Source: Octopus bimaculoides
Taxonomy: Eukaryota
NCBI RefSeq assembly: GCF_001194135.2
Contig: NC_068988.1
Location: 46,926,790-46,988,218 of the forward strand
Direction: 5' to 3'
DNA: 61,429 nucleotides
Under the pieces are notes generated by a model. It was not told where the DNA came from and searched no databases. It saw only the letters and a list, made by a program, of their open reading frames with translations. The position numbers were made by a program, and so were the translations under genes. Below are positions 12,070 through 25,461 of the stretch, piece after piece (positions within the stretch are counted from its first letter, which is position 1; each line of letters starts with the position of its first letter).

Positions 12070-12535
12070 TTTACTGCTCCATACATACATACATATGTAC
12101 ACATACATACATAATACATACATACATACATACATACATAGGCACAGATGCCAAACATGCATACACACATACAGAAATACACACATATACATGTGCAAAG
12201 AAGCACAAATATGTTTACATATACATCAGTACATGCACCTACACATATACACACATGAACATAAATGCAATATGCATTTACACAGATGCATGCGTACATA
12301 TGCACAAACACACACAAACAAATGCATTCACACACGCACACACAAAAGAATGCCATTAATCATATACAAATACACAGATACAAATATATAAACAAACGCA
12401 CATATTCTTTCACACATGCACATAAGCATACACACACATATATGCATACAAAAGAGCAAGCACACATACTCCCGTGTACACACAAACAACATGTACACTT
12501 TACATGCATATATATATAAACACCTAGACACACAT
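12070..12535. repeat. Degenerate (CA/TA)n low-complexity tract
   Basis: Direct reading; source of the HTY/CVY-rich spurious ORFs. Confidence 0.95.
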
Positions 12536-12774
12536 CAATATTAAGTAAAAAAGGAGGCATTTTGAATAATAGGCTGGCACTGAAGACAAATCTAATTTAG
12601 CAATTTCACAGACAAAACATTATCTTCCCTATAATGACTGTCTAAGTACTCATGGCTTAGATTCCTTGTCAAATATGTGGTAAACAAATTATAAATATGT
12701 ATTTTAAAACTATTCATTGTTGCAGACACAAATGGCAATCAATAGTATACAGCAATTGATTCATTGAATCCACA

Positions 12775-12900
12775 GCTTTCTGTACTGTGGGTTCATTTCC
12801 ACTATGTGGCACCCAGGGAAAATATCTTCTACTTAAACTCGGCTAACCAATGCCTTTTCAGTGAATTTGTTTATCAGAAACTGGAAGAAGCCTGTATGCA
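12775..12900 (+). mobile_element. Degenerate 5' part of the microsatellite-containing SINE family
   Basis: gtggcacccagggaaaatatcttctact...cagaaactggaagaagcc is similar to 38345-38450. Confidence 0.5.
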
Positions 12901-13042
12901 GCTTAAAGTTTTGTAGGCTCATAGTATGAACCAATCTTATCAGGTTTGCAGATGACTGCTATTAAATGATACATGTAACTCCTACCAAATATGTTGAGAG
13001 TCATTTTCTTTCGTTTGTCCACTAACTCATACATATATTAGA

Positions 13043-13415
13043 CTGTGGCTATGCTGGAGCACCGCCTTAAGGAATTTTAGTCAAACCAGTCGACCCCAGT
13101 ACTTAATTTTTCTCAAGCATGGCACTTATTCTATTGTTCTCTTTTGCCAAACCACTTAGTTATGGGGGCATAAACACACTAACACCAGTTGTCAAGTGAT
13201 GATGGGAACAAACACTGACACAAAGACACACACACATACACACGTGCACACACACACACACACACAATGAGCTTCTTTCAGTTTCCATCTACCAAGTCCA
13301 CTTTAGTTGGCTCAAGGCTATAGTAGAAGACACTTGCCCAAGGTGCCATGCAATGAGAACGAACCGAGTACGATATGGTTGAGAAGCAGACTTCTTTCCA
13401 TATAGCCACGCTTGC
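13043..13415 (-). mobile_element. tRNA-derived SINE with an internal (CA)n tract
   Basis: Homologous to 32703-33100, 34694-35060 and 38286-38543. Confidence 0.85.
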
Positions 13416-13519
13416 ACATATTAGTTTGCATAATCTGCATGTACGTATGTAATTGACAGTTTGCCTGAAAGGAAAATAAAACACTATATCCAATCCAAAC
13501 CTAGATGTATTTTAAAATA

Positions 13520-13800
13520 TCAAAATCTATGGCTTGGAGATAACAGTCTACTCAGAGTAGCTGCCCTCGGCTCCCATATGGCTTCAAGATGACTGCAGAA
13601 CCTGATGCAAACATTCCTCACTGTGTCCCTGGGAAGATCTTTGTACACTTCCTTGTTCTTGTCCACCAGCTCAGCTTTTGTATTGCAAGCAGAATGGTCT
13701 GTGTCTTTCTCAGTTGTACCCCACACATAATAATCCATGGAATTACAACAGGGAGAATTAGGAGGAATTCTTTATTTTTGTCCTACACAACAATGTCACA
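13520..13800 (-). mobile_element. maT/DD37D-type mariner-like transposase relic
   Basis: MDYYVWGTTEKDT...CNTKAELV...VRNVCIRFCSHLEAI; homologous to the 39410-39865 relic. Confidence 0.75.
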
Positions 13801-13850
13801 TTTCCAATGTCTGATCTTATGGTCACACTGAATCATTGCATCCTACATTC

Positions 13851-14152
13851 TTATTTTAGTGTCTTTGTACAGCTTCTAATGCTGGAGATGTACTACGGTG
13901 TCAGCTGTTCACTACCAGTGAACTAAAGTAACACCACTTATTTTTTGAGCACCATCTGGAGTATTCTAGCAGTTCTAAGTAGTGCTGTTTTCTGCAAGTG
14001 CTTCACCCTTATTGCAACCCCTATTTGTTCCAAGTAATTCTTAAGATTTTTACTCACTGTTCCAAGGGCTCCAACAATTAGCGGTACCACTACCATTTTT
14101 TTCAGTGACCACAACTGCTTAACCTCCCAAGCTAGCCCATTATATCTATCGA
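13851..14152 (-). mobile_element. R4/Dong-type LINE 3' end (RLE C-terminus plus 3' UTR)
   Basis: DRYNGLAWEVKQLWSLK...VVPLIVGALGTVSKNLKNYLEQIG...LQKTALLRTARILQMVLKK*, with the stop at 13938-13940. Confidence 0.85.
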
Positions 14153-14700
14153 CTTATTATTATTATTGAATGAGAGAGCAGTGCATGATATCAAAGTGAC
14201 ACTGGGGTAAAATATATGAACCCCAATATATCCATCATGACTACCCGTCTGATAAGGGTTAGGGTTAGGGTTGTGCATCACAACCATATGTGCGTGACCT
14301 AGTGACCTCATATCAAGATAAACAGTGTATGACCTTGCAGGTGGAGCCCAGTTCAAATTTTCTTCAGGCTGAGTAGCCTATCCTGCTCAAAAGGTCCCTG
14401 AATAAGGGTTGTTTAAGGCTGTTGGATGATACACCCATGTTTCCAAAGGTGAATTATCCCAACCCCAAAGAATTCCTTTCAACACATGGCTATCATGCTC
14501 CCCCACTACTTCTGCTCCTGATCAGAGATGCACATATCTTCAGCCACCAAGGGATATGCTCAAGTGGTTAGGGTCAAACAACTAACAAGCAAATCTGTTA
14601 TATTGAGCAGAATATTTGCTGTAGCCCATCTTTTATACCAAGACAAAGCAATGTACATGATAACACTTCCAGTTAGTTAAGATCAAAAGCCATGAGAGCC
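14153..14700 (-). mobile_element. Unclassified TAA-tailed non-autonomous repeat
   Basis: About 550 bp between (TTA)n tracts; 14160-14400 is homologous to the reverse complement of 33440-33700. Confidence 0.75.
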
Positions 14701-14711
14701 TATTGTTATTA

Positions 14712-14746
<35 letters not shown>

Positions 14747-15088
14747 TAAAAGATTTCTGGATGTATGAATGTTCTAGGATCTATTACTTAGAAGCATGTT
14801 CTAGGTTCTGCTACTTGTAATGATAGTTCATGGCTCTGGTAGATACAAAGCTGTTTACAGTCTTTCCTGCAACATGGCCTCAGTGTTTATCAAAATCTTC
14901 AGACAATTATCCTTTAAGAGGAAAACATGATATCAAGTGACACATATCATAAAGGAAAATAAAATACATTTCTTGAAGAGCTTTAAAGACAAATGCGTGA
15001 TACAGATAATGAATTAATAAAGCCGTTGTTATGATAGGCGAAGCTGAAAATATGATTTATCTATGCAGGCAGCACTCTTTTTCCCTTC

Positions 15089-15121
<33 letters not shown>

Positions 15122-15147
15122 AATACAGAGGTACATATATATATATG

Positions 15148-15192
<45 letters not shown>

Positions 15193-15248
15193 CTGTAAAA
15201 ATTTATTTACCAATTGTATATATACACGCACACACATACAGATAAATG

Positions 15249-15286
<38 letters not shown>

Positions 15287-17302
15287 ATGTAAATGTATAT
15301 ATTTGCACATATGTATTTATATATTTACAAACACTCTCATACACACACACACACACACACACATATGCATATGCATGTACCAATGTATATATATGTGTGT
15401 GTTTGTGTGTGTAATATCTGTAATAGATTTCTGCTTTAATACACCATATTTATGGTATTTTTTCACTGACTTTTGACTTGGTATTCAGATCAGCTAAATA
15501 ATTAACCTCTACAGCACAATGTATATTTCTGCCTTTCAGTCCCTGTGAATGATGTCTAGTCTCTTGTACTTATACTCTGTAGATATTTCAAACCATTCTT
15601 ACTAGCAATATATCTTGCTGGAAAATATTATTTTTCTGGCATCTTCAAACAACATATGAGGATAAGTTAAATTTCCCAGACTATTTCTTAAATCATATTT
15701 TGGTTATCTCCAGACATATCTATCACTCATGTGTATCTAGACAACATAAATCTGTTTACATAACATATAGGCTTTTTCTCAATTAGACTCACAGCAAAGT
15801 TTTCCTGATAATATTTTCTTGCTGCTGTGGTTTCTGTCTCTATTAATGGTTGTTGCCGTTTATTATTTTGCTTTGTGTATTTTGTATTACATTAACAGAC
15901 AAAATCCATCAAAACTGCTGAAGATATGACAAAATTACACATTCTCATTGACGATCTACCATTTCAGTATATATTCTACACCTTGGAGTAAACAATGCAT
16001 TTCTTTACAAGCATTTTAGCCCTGAAGACTGACTTGGCATGTGAGTATGTTTTCTAATATGGTATTTCATTGATAGCCATGTTTTCACAAAATTATTCAT
16101 ATCTTCTCCAACAGACTCTGCCTAATGCATTTCAAAGCAATAAAAGAGTTTCTGCGAAGTTGCTCTACTTAGAAATAGTACCAAATTCTCTCCAAATCAT
16201 ACACTACTATAACAGACAAATTGGTTCCAGAGATCTTTATACAGATGAGATTGTTACAGCTGGAATATGTTCAACCATAAGTCAGCTTGATGGTTGTTAA
16301 ACTCCAGATTTAGATGATATTATGCTAAACAATAAAAACTATTTGATGCATTTGTCACATTTCCATTCATCATTTCTTGTACTGCTTATCTAATATTTTC
16401 TCCCCAGAATTGTATCTTAGGTAATTACATTCCTACCTGTATTTTTGTCCCACTGACCTTGATCTGCAGACTTTCAAACTTAATACCACCTGGCTTCCTT
16501 TTTCCAGAGGAGTTGGGAAACCAGAAGCATAAGGAGCAATTCTCTTTGTCTTTTAACTAACTAATGAGAGAATAAGGAGTTATTGCTTAGCAGATAAGGA
16601 AAAAAATGACTTGATATTTTGAACTTGAACAATTTGTGAAGCATCAAACCAAAACCTTTACTAATTGGTAAGCAAGTTGAAGATAATACAAAAGCAACTA
16701 TGACATGTGCAGAGGCAGAGATATATATTTTTAGTATGATAGTCAAGCATCATACACCTAACATTATTGGTGAGTTTTCTTTATAATAATTCTGTTTTTG
16801 TGATATCATGATATAATCTGGTTATAATTTACTTTCAAATCTAATTATATACACCCAGTAATAAGATTACATCAGGTTGAAGTCATACAATATGTAAAAG
16901 TAGCCTAAAGTTTGTACATTTATACTTATGCCAATGGTTGGTTCAGCTTAGTAACACTCTATGACAATAATTACAATACACCATTCAGTTTGATACAAAG
17001 TTGCAATCAGTCTATCTTCTCCATCATTTTGTCTTCTGTCAAAGAGCCACCTATCATTATTCTTCCATTAGTTAGTTAAGAGACAAAGGAGATTGCTCCA
17101 ACCTTTACAGTCTGCCAACTCCTCAGTTAAAAAGGAGAATACATTCATGAGTCAGTAACCATGTTTAAGACCTGGTAATTATATTCTGTAAAAGACAGTT
17201 AAGAGTTGAAAAGCTTGTGATGAATTTTTATGTGTTTAGATGACTGATAATTATTGCATCTTTAATTCATTAATTACTGATGCTTTTTATTGAAAGCTTA
17301 CT

Positions 17303-17509
17303 TTAACTCATTAGCATTTAAACTGGCAGTGTGTTTTATGTACAAACCAGCCAGATCTGACCTCTCACACCTTCCCTATAGTATCATTCTGAAAATAAAC
17401 AATCACATCATCAAAATTTCAGAGCTATGAAATAATGCATGACTAATTCAAAACAAAGTGAATACACAAGCATTACATTTGGCAGAGTAATCTGAATCGA
17501 AAGAGTTAA
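17303..17509 (-). mobile_element. piggyBac-type MITE (TTAA-flanked)
   Basis: TTAA at 17303-17306 and 17506-17509, degenerate terminal inverted repeats; reverse-complement homolog of 20551-20778. Confidence 0.75.
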
Positions 17510-18419
17510 AAACTATAACATTTATATTCTATAACCTGCTTGTATTTATGTTTTCAAAAGAATTGAGTGTCTTAATTCACTTCCTCTTTCTCTGATGTCA
17601 CTATACCAAAAAGTGGATGTTGTTAAACGTAAAACTTATGAATTCCGTGGAGTATACTGTATGTCTTAAAATGCACATATCCGTATTCCAGTTAGGCAGT
17701 TTTCCTCTTTGTATAATCTATTTGACTCAGAGCTCTGATTCAGGAACAGATGGCTTCTTAAAAATTGACTTAAACTGGTAAATTTTATAAATAGCATATG
17801 TAATTGTATGGGGGATGGACCCACTTAATTAGATCTACAGGTAGTAGTTCAAGATTATTTTTTTTAAATAATTTTCCCAAATATCTCGCTTGTATACACA
17901 CAACTGCCTTTAAAGTATCTATGTTAAGAGATGATGTTATGGAACTCTGTTGCATGTATTTTCATTGTAATTGATCTTTTTATTGATATATAATGACTTA
18001 TCAATAGCACATAAGGCCAATTTGAAGTGAATGAACATACCTTATATGCTGAATTCCTGTAGAAATTAAATAAAAATGCTAGTGTCATCTTTCTGTGTGC
18101 ATCTTGTTTCAATCTCATCATATCAGACATGAATCAATAGTTTTATAATATCATGAAGTGATAAGTGATTGAACTATATTTATAGAATCAGACATGTTAT
18201 AGAACCAATATCCACCCCGCAGGAAACAAATCTCTGTAACACAGTTTCAGTCCCTTGTTGAAGCATTTTCCCCTCATTTACATTACCAATACCTTCAAGA
18301 AATGCATGCATGTCTCAAGATCATATGTTGCAATACTACAAAACAAAGGATTTTTATCTTGTTTTCAACAGACAATAAATATTTATGAAATGCTACATAT
18401 GCCTCTTGTCAGAGGGTTG

Positions 18420-18550
18420 GGTGTAGTCAGAGAGAGAGAGAAGAGAGAGAAAGAGAGAGACAGGGAAAGAGAGACAAGGAAAGAGTGAAAGACAGACAGA
18501 TAGAGACAGAGACAGAGAGACATAGAAAGAGAGAGAGAAAGAGAAATAGA
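18420..18550. repeat. (AG)n / (AGAC)n microsatellite
   Basis: Direct reading. Confidence 0.95.
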
Positions 18551-20550
18551 GAAAGACTTGTCAGTAATATGGAGGAACATGATAATTATTGTTCAATTTG
18601 TTTCAAATAATAACAATACCAGCAGATGTCAATGGTTCTGAAAAATCTTTGGAATAAAAGTCTTTGAATAACAAGCATCTTGGTGAGGTATTTACAATAA
18701 AAACTAAATTAGAAGTCAAAGACTGAATGAATCAGAGGGAAGGCTTCAGTATCTGCAGGATGTGTAATATGAAAAGAATATATTACTCTCTCTCTATATC
18801 TGATATCAGAAAATGTTGTAAATTTAACTGTCTTTAATATGAAGACAATTAGAAATAACAGTGTTTAAAATGTCGATGATGTCTATATGTCACGAGAAAA
18901 GTTTGAATGTACATGTGTGAATATGTTTGTGTGTGTATGTGTACATGCATGTGTATTTATCATCCTATGATCAATTTTGTGTCAGTGAAATTTGGCACAA
19001 CAATATTTGGCATTCTTATGTCAGCGGTTATCTAATATAAGATGTATTGCCATAATTCTGAACACATAACTTATTGATGTTTAAGCTATTGATAGCAGTT
19101 AAGTGAAAAATTACACATATCTAATTCAGAACTAATGAACAAATACCTCGCAACATGACTGAGATAGGAATCAATAAATATTTAAGAATTTTCTGAGATA
19201 GAGGCAGCTAGCAAACTAGCAACTAGAAATGTTATTGATATTATCACAGGAATTATATTAAAACTCTAAGTGGATGTACTGAAAATGGATATACTAAAAG
19301 TAATGTATACCATTTAGAGGAGATTTTTAAGTATGCATAATGGTTTTTGGTTTTGATTCATTAAACTTAATAAGTTGCATATAGTATTCTGTGTACTTTG
19401 GTGGATTTGTATTACTGCATATAATTCTCATAAGCAAATAGAGACTCAACACTAAAATATATGAATGAACAGCAAAAACTTTAACCTTGTTCTGTTCTTA
19501 GTGTGGGATGATAAAAAGCATGTATACCAGACTTTCATATACAGAATACATAAATGTGTACATCTCTTAAATAAGAAGAGATTGGTTGAAAACTACTAAA
19601 AGGAACATTTAAATTTGGAGGATGTTATCTGGGATTGTCAATCTGCCAGTCTAATTATCAATATTGCATAACCACTGCTTTCAGCTGATTGAGAACCTTG
19701 CTTCATCACTTGGGACATATCATTATCACTTTCCACTTGAAATTTTGCACCTTCCTCTCACTCGAAACTATCTTCTGGATATGTTATTTTACACCTTTCA
19801 CTCACTCAAAGCCATCTTCTGGATATGTTAGATCAAATCCACGTTAATCTTCATCAGAGTCTTTTAAAATTTCCACAGCTAATCAGATGTAAAGAATATA
19901 CACCTTTGTGTTTTCTCTCCAGAATTATTCAGGTGCAGTCTTAAAAAGTGCAGGGAAAATACTCAGAATACATGAAATAGTGTCACCTTTGAGCCAACGT
20001 TTATGGACTGCCTAATTCCGTGGTGTGACCAATTCTAATACTGAATGACCAATGTACTTTTTAAGTTTGACCAGATTTTGACTTGGGGCTTGCTAATTCC
20101 TAATGTGTACAGAATTTGTCTAAGTGTTCTGTCTGTTAATTCCTTGTAAAAAAAAATACAGATCAAGCAGGATGATATTAATAATATTAGGTATTATAAA
20201 CACAAATCTGAGACAGAAGTGAACCTGCTGACAAGATTTGAATAATGTACTTATTGATTTCTGTGTGAATACTTTATCAATTGTACTACAGAATATATCT
20301 CAATTCATAATCAGAAATTAGGTATTATAAATTCTTTTCACCATTTAGACCATCATTTGTTGCAGCTGTTGTTTGTGCAAATAAACATCATTAAAATATA
20401 TCAGTTCTGAAGTATGTCTAAAGTGAGTCTACCAGTATATCTGTTGCTCTATTTTGACTGAAATTTGAGCTTATATTGTCTGACATCACATTGTCTAATG
20501 ATGTATTTAAAATGTCTAAAATATATCTTTTATAAATCAGTGACATCCAT

Positions 20551-20778
20551 TTAATCCTTTATCATTCAGATTACTCTGTCAAATATAATGCTTATTTATT
20601 CTCATTGTTTTGAATAAAACATTCATTATCTCATCACTTCAAGATTTTCATTATTTCATTATTTATTTTTATAACAATATTGCAGTGTAGGTGTGAAAGT
20701 CCAGATCTGGTTTCTTTGAACAAAGAACAAGTAGAATATTTGGGTCAGATATGGCCAGTTTAAATGCTAAAGGGTTAA
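20551..20778 (+). mobile_element. piggyBac-type MITE
   Basis: TTAA|TCCTTTATCATT ... AATGCTAAAGGG|TTAA terminal inverted repeats. Confidence 0.8.
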
Positions 20779-21945
20779 CAGCCCTTAATTGTTTCTTCTC
20801 TAATTAGTAAATCTCTGCTACTATTTCCCAGCCATGCAGTCTATGATGCATTTTACATTTGTTTCAAAACAGTCCCTACATAAACCTCCAAACTCCTTTC
20901 TTTTCAAGATGCACAAATTCGTTTTAGTTTATTTCATTTACACAATGCAGGAAAAAAACTCAAAGTGGCACATAAAATAGTGCCATCTATGAGCCAGCAT
21001 TCATGAATTGGCTAACTCTGCAGTGTGCCTCTTTCTGTTTCTTCTGTCTACAAACTGAGAAATCATTTGTTGCTGTTCCTAAATTGGCGTTTTGGGCAGA
21101 CCTATAACAGTTACTTGCTAATCACACATCCATGAAATGCAAGAAAATTGAGTTTTGTGCAATATTCAGAGACAAAAGACAAACTTTATTGTAAAGATTT
21201 GAACTTAAGAGTATGGAGATAGCAGTACAAAATCTTGAACACAGAAACGGTGTACCTCATATATTTATTACAAATATAGTGTAATGTCCATTGATAGGAC
21301 ATGAATCATCAACCCTTTAGCCAAAGTCCAGCATCTTATCGACTCAACCAGCCATTCCATGATAACAGTACAATAGTTTATTGATTATTCATTAGACTAT
21401 TCTATTGATTAATGATGAAGAAATATTTTTCATTGGGTGTTGATGAGGTAAATGATTGATTATCTAGTTTACAATACATATTTCAGTGTGTCTGTTGAAA
21501 TAGTTTATTGATTATTCAACTCAAGAGATCATTTAGTTGGAAAGTAATATTAAAATAAATTTAATATATGGTAACATATTCAGATATGCTGACAAGGAAT
21601 TCAGAGTTAGAACCAGAATTTCCAGAGGGAGAGATACAATATTATAAAGCCAGTATAAAAATGAAGAAAAAGAAAATAATAAAATAGCCAACATAAAACT
21701 AAAAACTGTAAAAGTAAATTAAATGAGTTCTGGAAAATATGCTGTAGTTTATATTGACGAAAAGGATACAGTGCAGTTCATGATTTTGAATAAGTATTCA
21801 CAATGATAAGAGTGTTATGAATGCTGTTTAAAACAGTGGATTAGCAAAATTATTAATGCATTGGACAGGATGTTTTGCACTAATTGTTTGGCTCTCTTCA
21901 TTCTCATGGCAAATCTTTGATATCACCAACATTATAGTTACACTA

Positions 21946-22121
21946 CAGTAATCCCTCACCATATTGCAGTTCACCTCTCAGGGTTCACCTATCGCAGTTT
22001 ATTATTAAACTTATATCAATTCCTCTGTGGTATTGTTTTGCATTTATAAGAAAATAAATAGATACACCTATCACAGGGAGTGTATTGGAACATAACACAC
22101 TCGATGGTCGAGGAATTACTG
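21946..22121. mobile_element. pogo/Tigger-type MITE
   Basis: TA|CAGTAATCCCTCACCAT ... ATGGTCGAGGAATTACTG|TA: about 18-bp imperfect terminal inverted repeats with a TA duplication. Confidence 0.8.
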
Positions 22122-22442
22122 TACTGCGCTTCTCCTTGAAACATTTTGGTGGTATGGAGAGCTGAGACTCGCTTCCATAGGCAAATGCTAGGCTTCAGTG
22201 TTAGAACTTTACCCAGGGATGTAACTTGGTGAGGAACTTTTTACTTGCAAGTCCTTTCTTTCTTTTCACATTTCTGTGCTTTATCTCTTCTATGTGATAT
22301 GAAGGATATCTGAAATTTCTAAAATGGCATTTTTCTGAGAGGCTGAAACAAAAATTTAGATTTTGATATAAATGTGTCTCAGAGGAAACTGAATACTTTT
22401 TAAATTTATTTAACTGTGATTTTACTGATTCCTAATGTTCGC

Positions 22443-22444
22443 TT

Positions 22445-22477
<33 letters not shown>

Positions 22478-22520
22478 GTGATGATGGTGATGGTGGTGAT
22501 GGTGATGATGGTGATGATGG

Positions 22521-22555
<35 letters not shown>

Positions 22556-22559
22556 GTGG

Positions 22560-22607
<48 letters not shown>
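22443..22607. repeat. (GAT)n trinucleotide repeat with GGT interruptions
   Basis: Direct reading. Confidence 0.97.
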
Positions 22608-22608
<1 letters not shown>

Positions 22609-23189
22609 ATGGCTTATTGTTTATATTCTGTTTAAAAAAATATTCAGAAGTAAAATGTCAAATATGAATGAAAATAAATCAACAGATTCATTGGCTTAAA
22701 AAAAAAAATCCAATTTGAAATTGTTGGGTGTAAGTTCTACACCATGCTGCATCTACTGCATATAAATGGATTATTCAGACTTTTAACAATGAGGATTCAG
22801 TTCTAAAATGATGATCAACTGAACTACTTGCTTATTGAATTAGTATGTAAATGGCTGAGTATTCCACAGATACGTGCATCTTTAATATAGCACACACGCA
22901 GAACCAGGTTGATGTAGTATGCAACAAAACTGAGTCTCTGAATTAATGGTACAATTCATGTAAAAAGTTTCCAAACAGGTTCCGTCCACTCAGTTTCATT
23001 TGCCAAGCTTGCAATGACCTGAGGATATATATGGTGGCAAATGATGTAAATGACACATTTCCATGAGGTCACAGTAAAACTGAACTCAGATCCTTATGGT
23101 TGTGAAGCAAAATTCTTAAACAGACTTGTCCTCAACCGCAGAAGTGTTAATGCTGCTCTCCCAGCTGAAGAAGATTGGACCCTTATGCC

Positions 23190-23500
23190 TGTGCAAGAGC
23201 TCTGTGCCAGTAAAAAGCACCTGTGCTGGTTCCACATAACAAGAACCCTTGCTAGTACCACATAATAGCTCCCATGTTGGTGGCATATAAAAGCATACAT
23301 TCCAGGGCCACATGACAAGTATCTAGCACACTCTGTAAAGTTGTTGGCATCAGCTGTAGAAACCAAGCCAAATCAGACTCCAGTACTGTTCTCTGCCTTG
23401 CCAGCTCTGGTCAAACCATCCAACCCTTGTCAGCATAGAAAATAAATGTTAAGAATGATGATGAGGATGATGATGATGATCATCATCATCATGAAAATGA
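23190..23500 (+). mobile_element. Degenerate GAT-tailed SINE (family of 39972-40500)
   Basis: gtgccagtaaaaagcacc units, ccatccaacccttgtcagcat and a (GAT)n tail. Confidence 0.65.
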
Positions 23501-24883
23501 TGATAACGATGATTCAGTCATGTAGCATCCAAATATAACCTGTATAGGGCTAGCACACGTTAAAGTATAGAAATACACACGAAAATGTCTTCAAATATAT
23601 TTTCAGAGACACTTATTTAAGGATCTTTATTGGTCAAGTTTGGCCATGCATTTGCACATCTATGAAATTTTGGGAATACTGACAGTTGCCACAGTTACCC
23701 ATGCATGCAAGACTTCTGTGTGTTCCGTGCCAAAAATAGGCAAACTAAGGAAATAGATATAGATTTGGACTGATACAGCCTGGTACAAATATCATATCAG
23801 GAGGCATTGGTGTCAGAATGCAAAGAGCTAGAACAGATACAGTAAGAGATCTTTTTGGATTCTTGAACACATTCACTGATCCACCACTTTGTATTAGCAT
23901 TGTTTCATTGGTGTTGAAAAAAACGAAAGCAAGGTTGACCTTGGCAAATTTGAACTCAGAATGGACTGAGTGTGGACAAATACTGAGAGGTATACCATTC
24001 AGTGCTATAATGACTGTACCAATTCATTTCCTTTCACTAAATTAAGATATGATTAATTTTTAGTGTGGTGCAAATATGAATAAAGGATAATGCTTTGGAT
24101 TACACTGATAGTTGGAATTCAAAAGTGCTGTATAGATTATCTCATTTACATATAATATCAAATGTGTAATATCTCATTTAGCTCTCTGAACTAACTGAGA
24201 CATCATCAAAGAGCTTATATATCTCTAGTAAGATTACACTATGCAGAAAAAGTCTAATAATATCTGACTCAAAACCTACAGCATTGGCCACATTCTGTTT
24301 CAACTTTACTAATTTTTTAAAACAATAAAAATTCAGGGATTGTTACGTCTAACTTTCTTGATAAGGATTAACAAACAAGCTAATAAGTTTTTGTTTTCTC
24401 ACCTTCAGAAAAGTTTTCATTGAAGTTTCTTGGTTAATATATTAGCACCAATATTACTGTTTGGTTTTTGAGCAGAACATATATCTGAGTATAGTTTCCC
24501 TAGTGTTTATTTTATTTATAATACATAGACACCCACCTCAAGAAAAAGAAGAATTAGATTTATATATAATTTGCCTAATGCCTCAAAGTCATTGTTAACT
24601 ATTGGCCATTATGAATCTAGAGTTTCTTAGGATGACATAATGACATCATCTGGTCATTGAACTGTTTGGGAACCTTTGTCCACTTGAACAAGATGACGTT
24701 AGCATAAACACATCAATATTCAAGTAGTTTGCTAACAAACTCATGGTGCATCTCACACTCACACACACACACATATATATATATATATACATACATATTT
24801 ATATATATACACACATATATAACTATACAGACATGTATATGTGTGTTTATATATACACACACATATGCCTGTACAAAAGTATG

Positions 24884-24938
<55 letters not shown>

Positions 24939-25430
24939 GTATGTACATATATATGCAAGTATGTATGCATGCATGAATGTATGTATGTATACATGCTTCT
25001 GTGTATGCATGCAGACACACACACGCACAAACACACACACATTTATATATGATGTATTGAATCTATAATCACAGATGTAATGTACAAATGTTTGTCAAAA
25101 GTTTTTAAATACTTCACTGAGAATTACTGTCTTACAATACAATATATTGGAGAGTTAGAAAACTAATATCAGTTGAAAAATTGGTTAAAAAATGTTAGTT
25201 TTACACACTGGGGAATGGACATATTAGAGATGAAGAAATAAACTGTCGGGAAAGAAATATAAAAAATAAACAAATGATTGATCCTGTACTTTCTATTATC
25301 ATTCACCAAAATCACTGTTCTAAGACATTGAGTGAATATATATATAGGAAGAACATACCTACATACACAAACACGTTTATGTAATATATACTTACACCAC
25401 ACACACACACATGTGTGATGATGATGATGA

Positions 25431-25461
<31 letters not shown>

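Noticed and set aside
19840-19862. CUGAUGA matches elsewhere (minus strand near 19855; plus strand at 26700, 45514, 51529)
   Set aside because: None is followed by a helix II plus GAAA or has a helix I partner, so these are not hammerheads.
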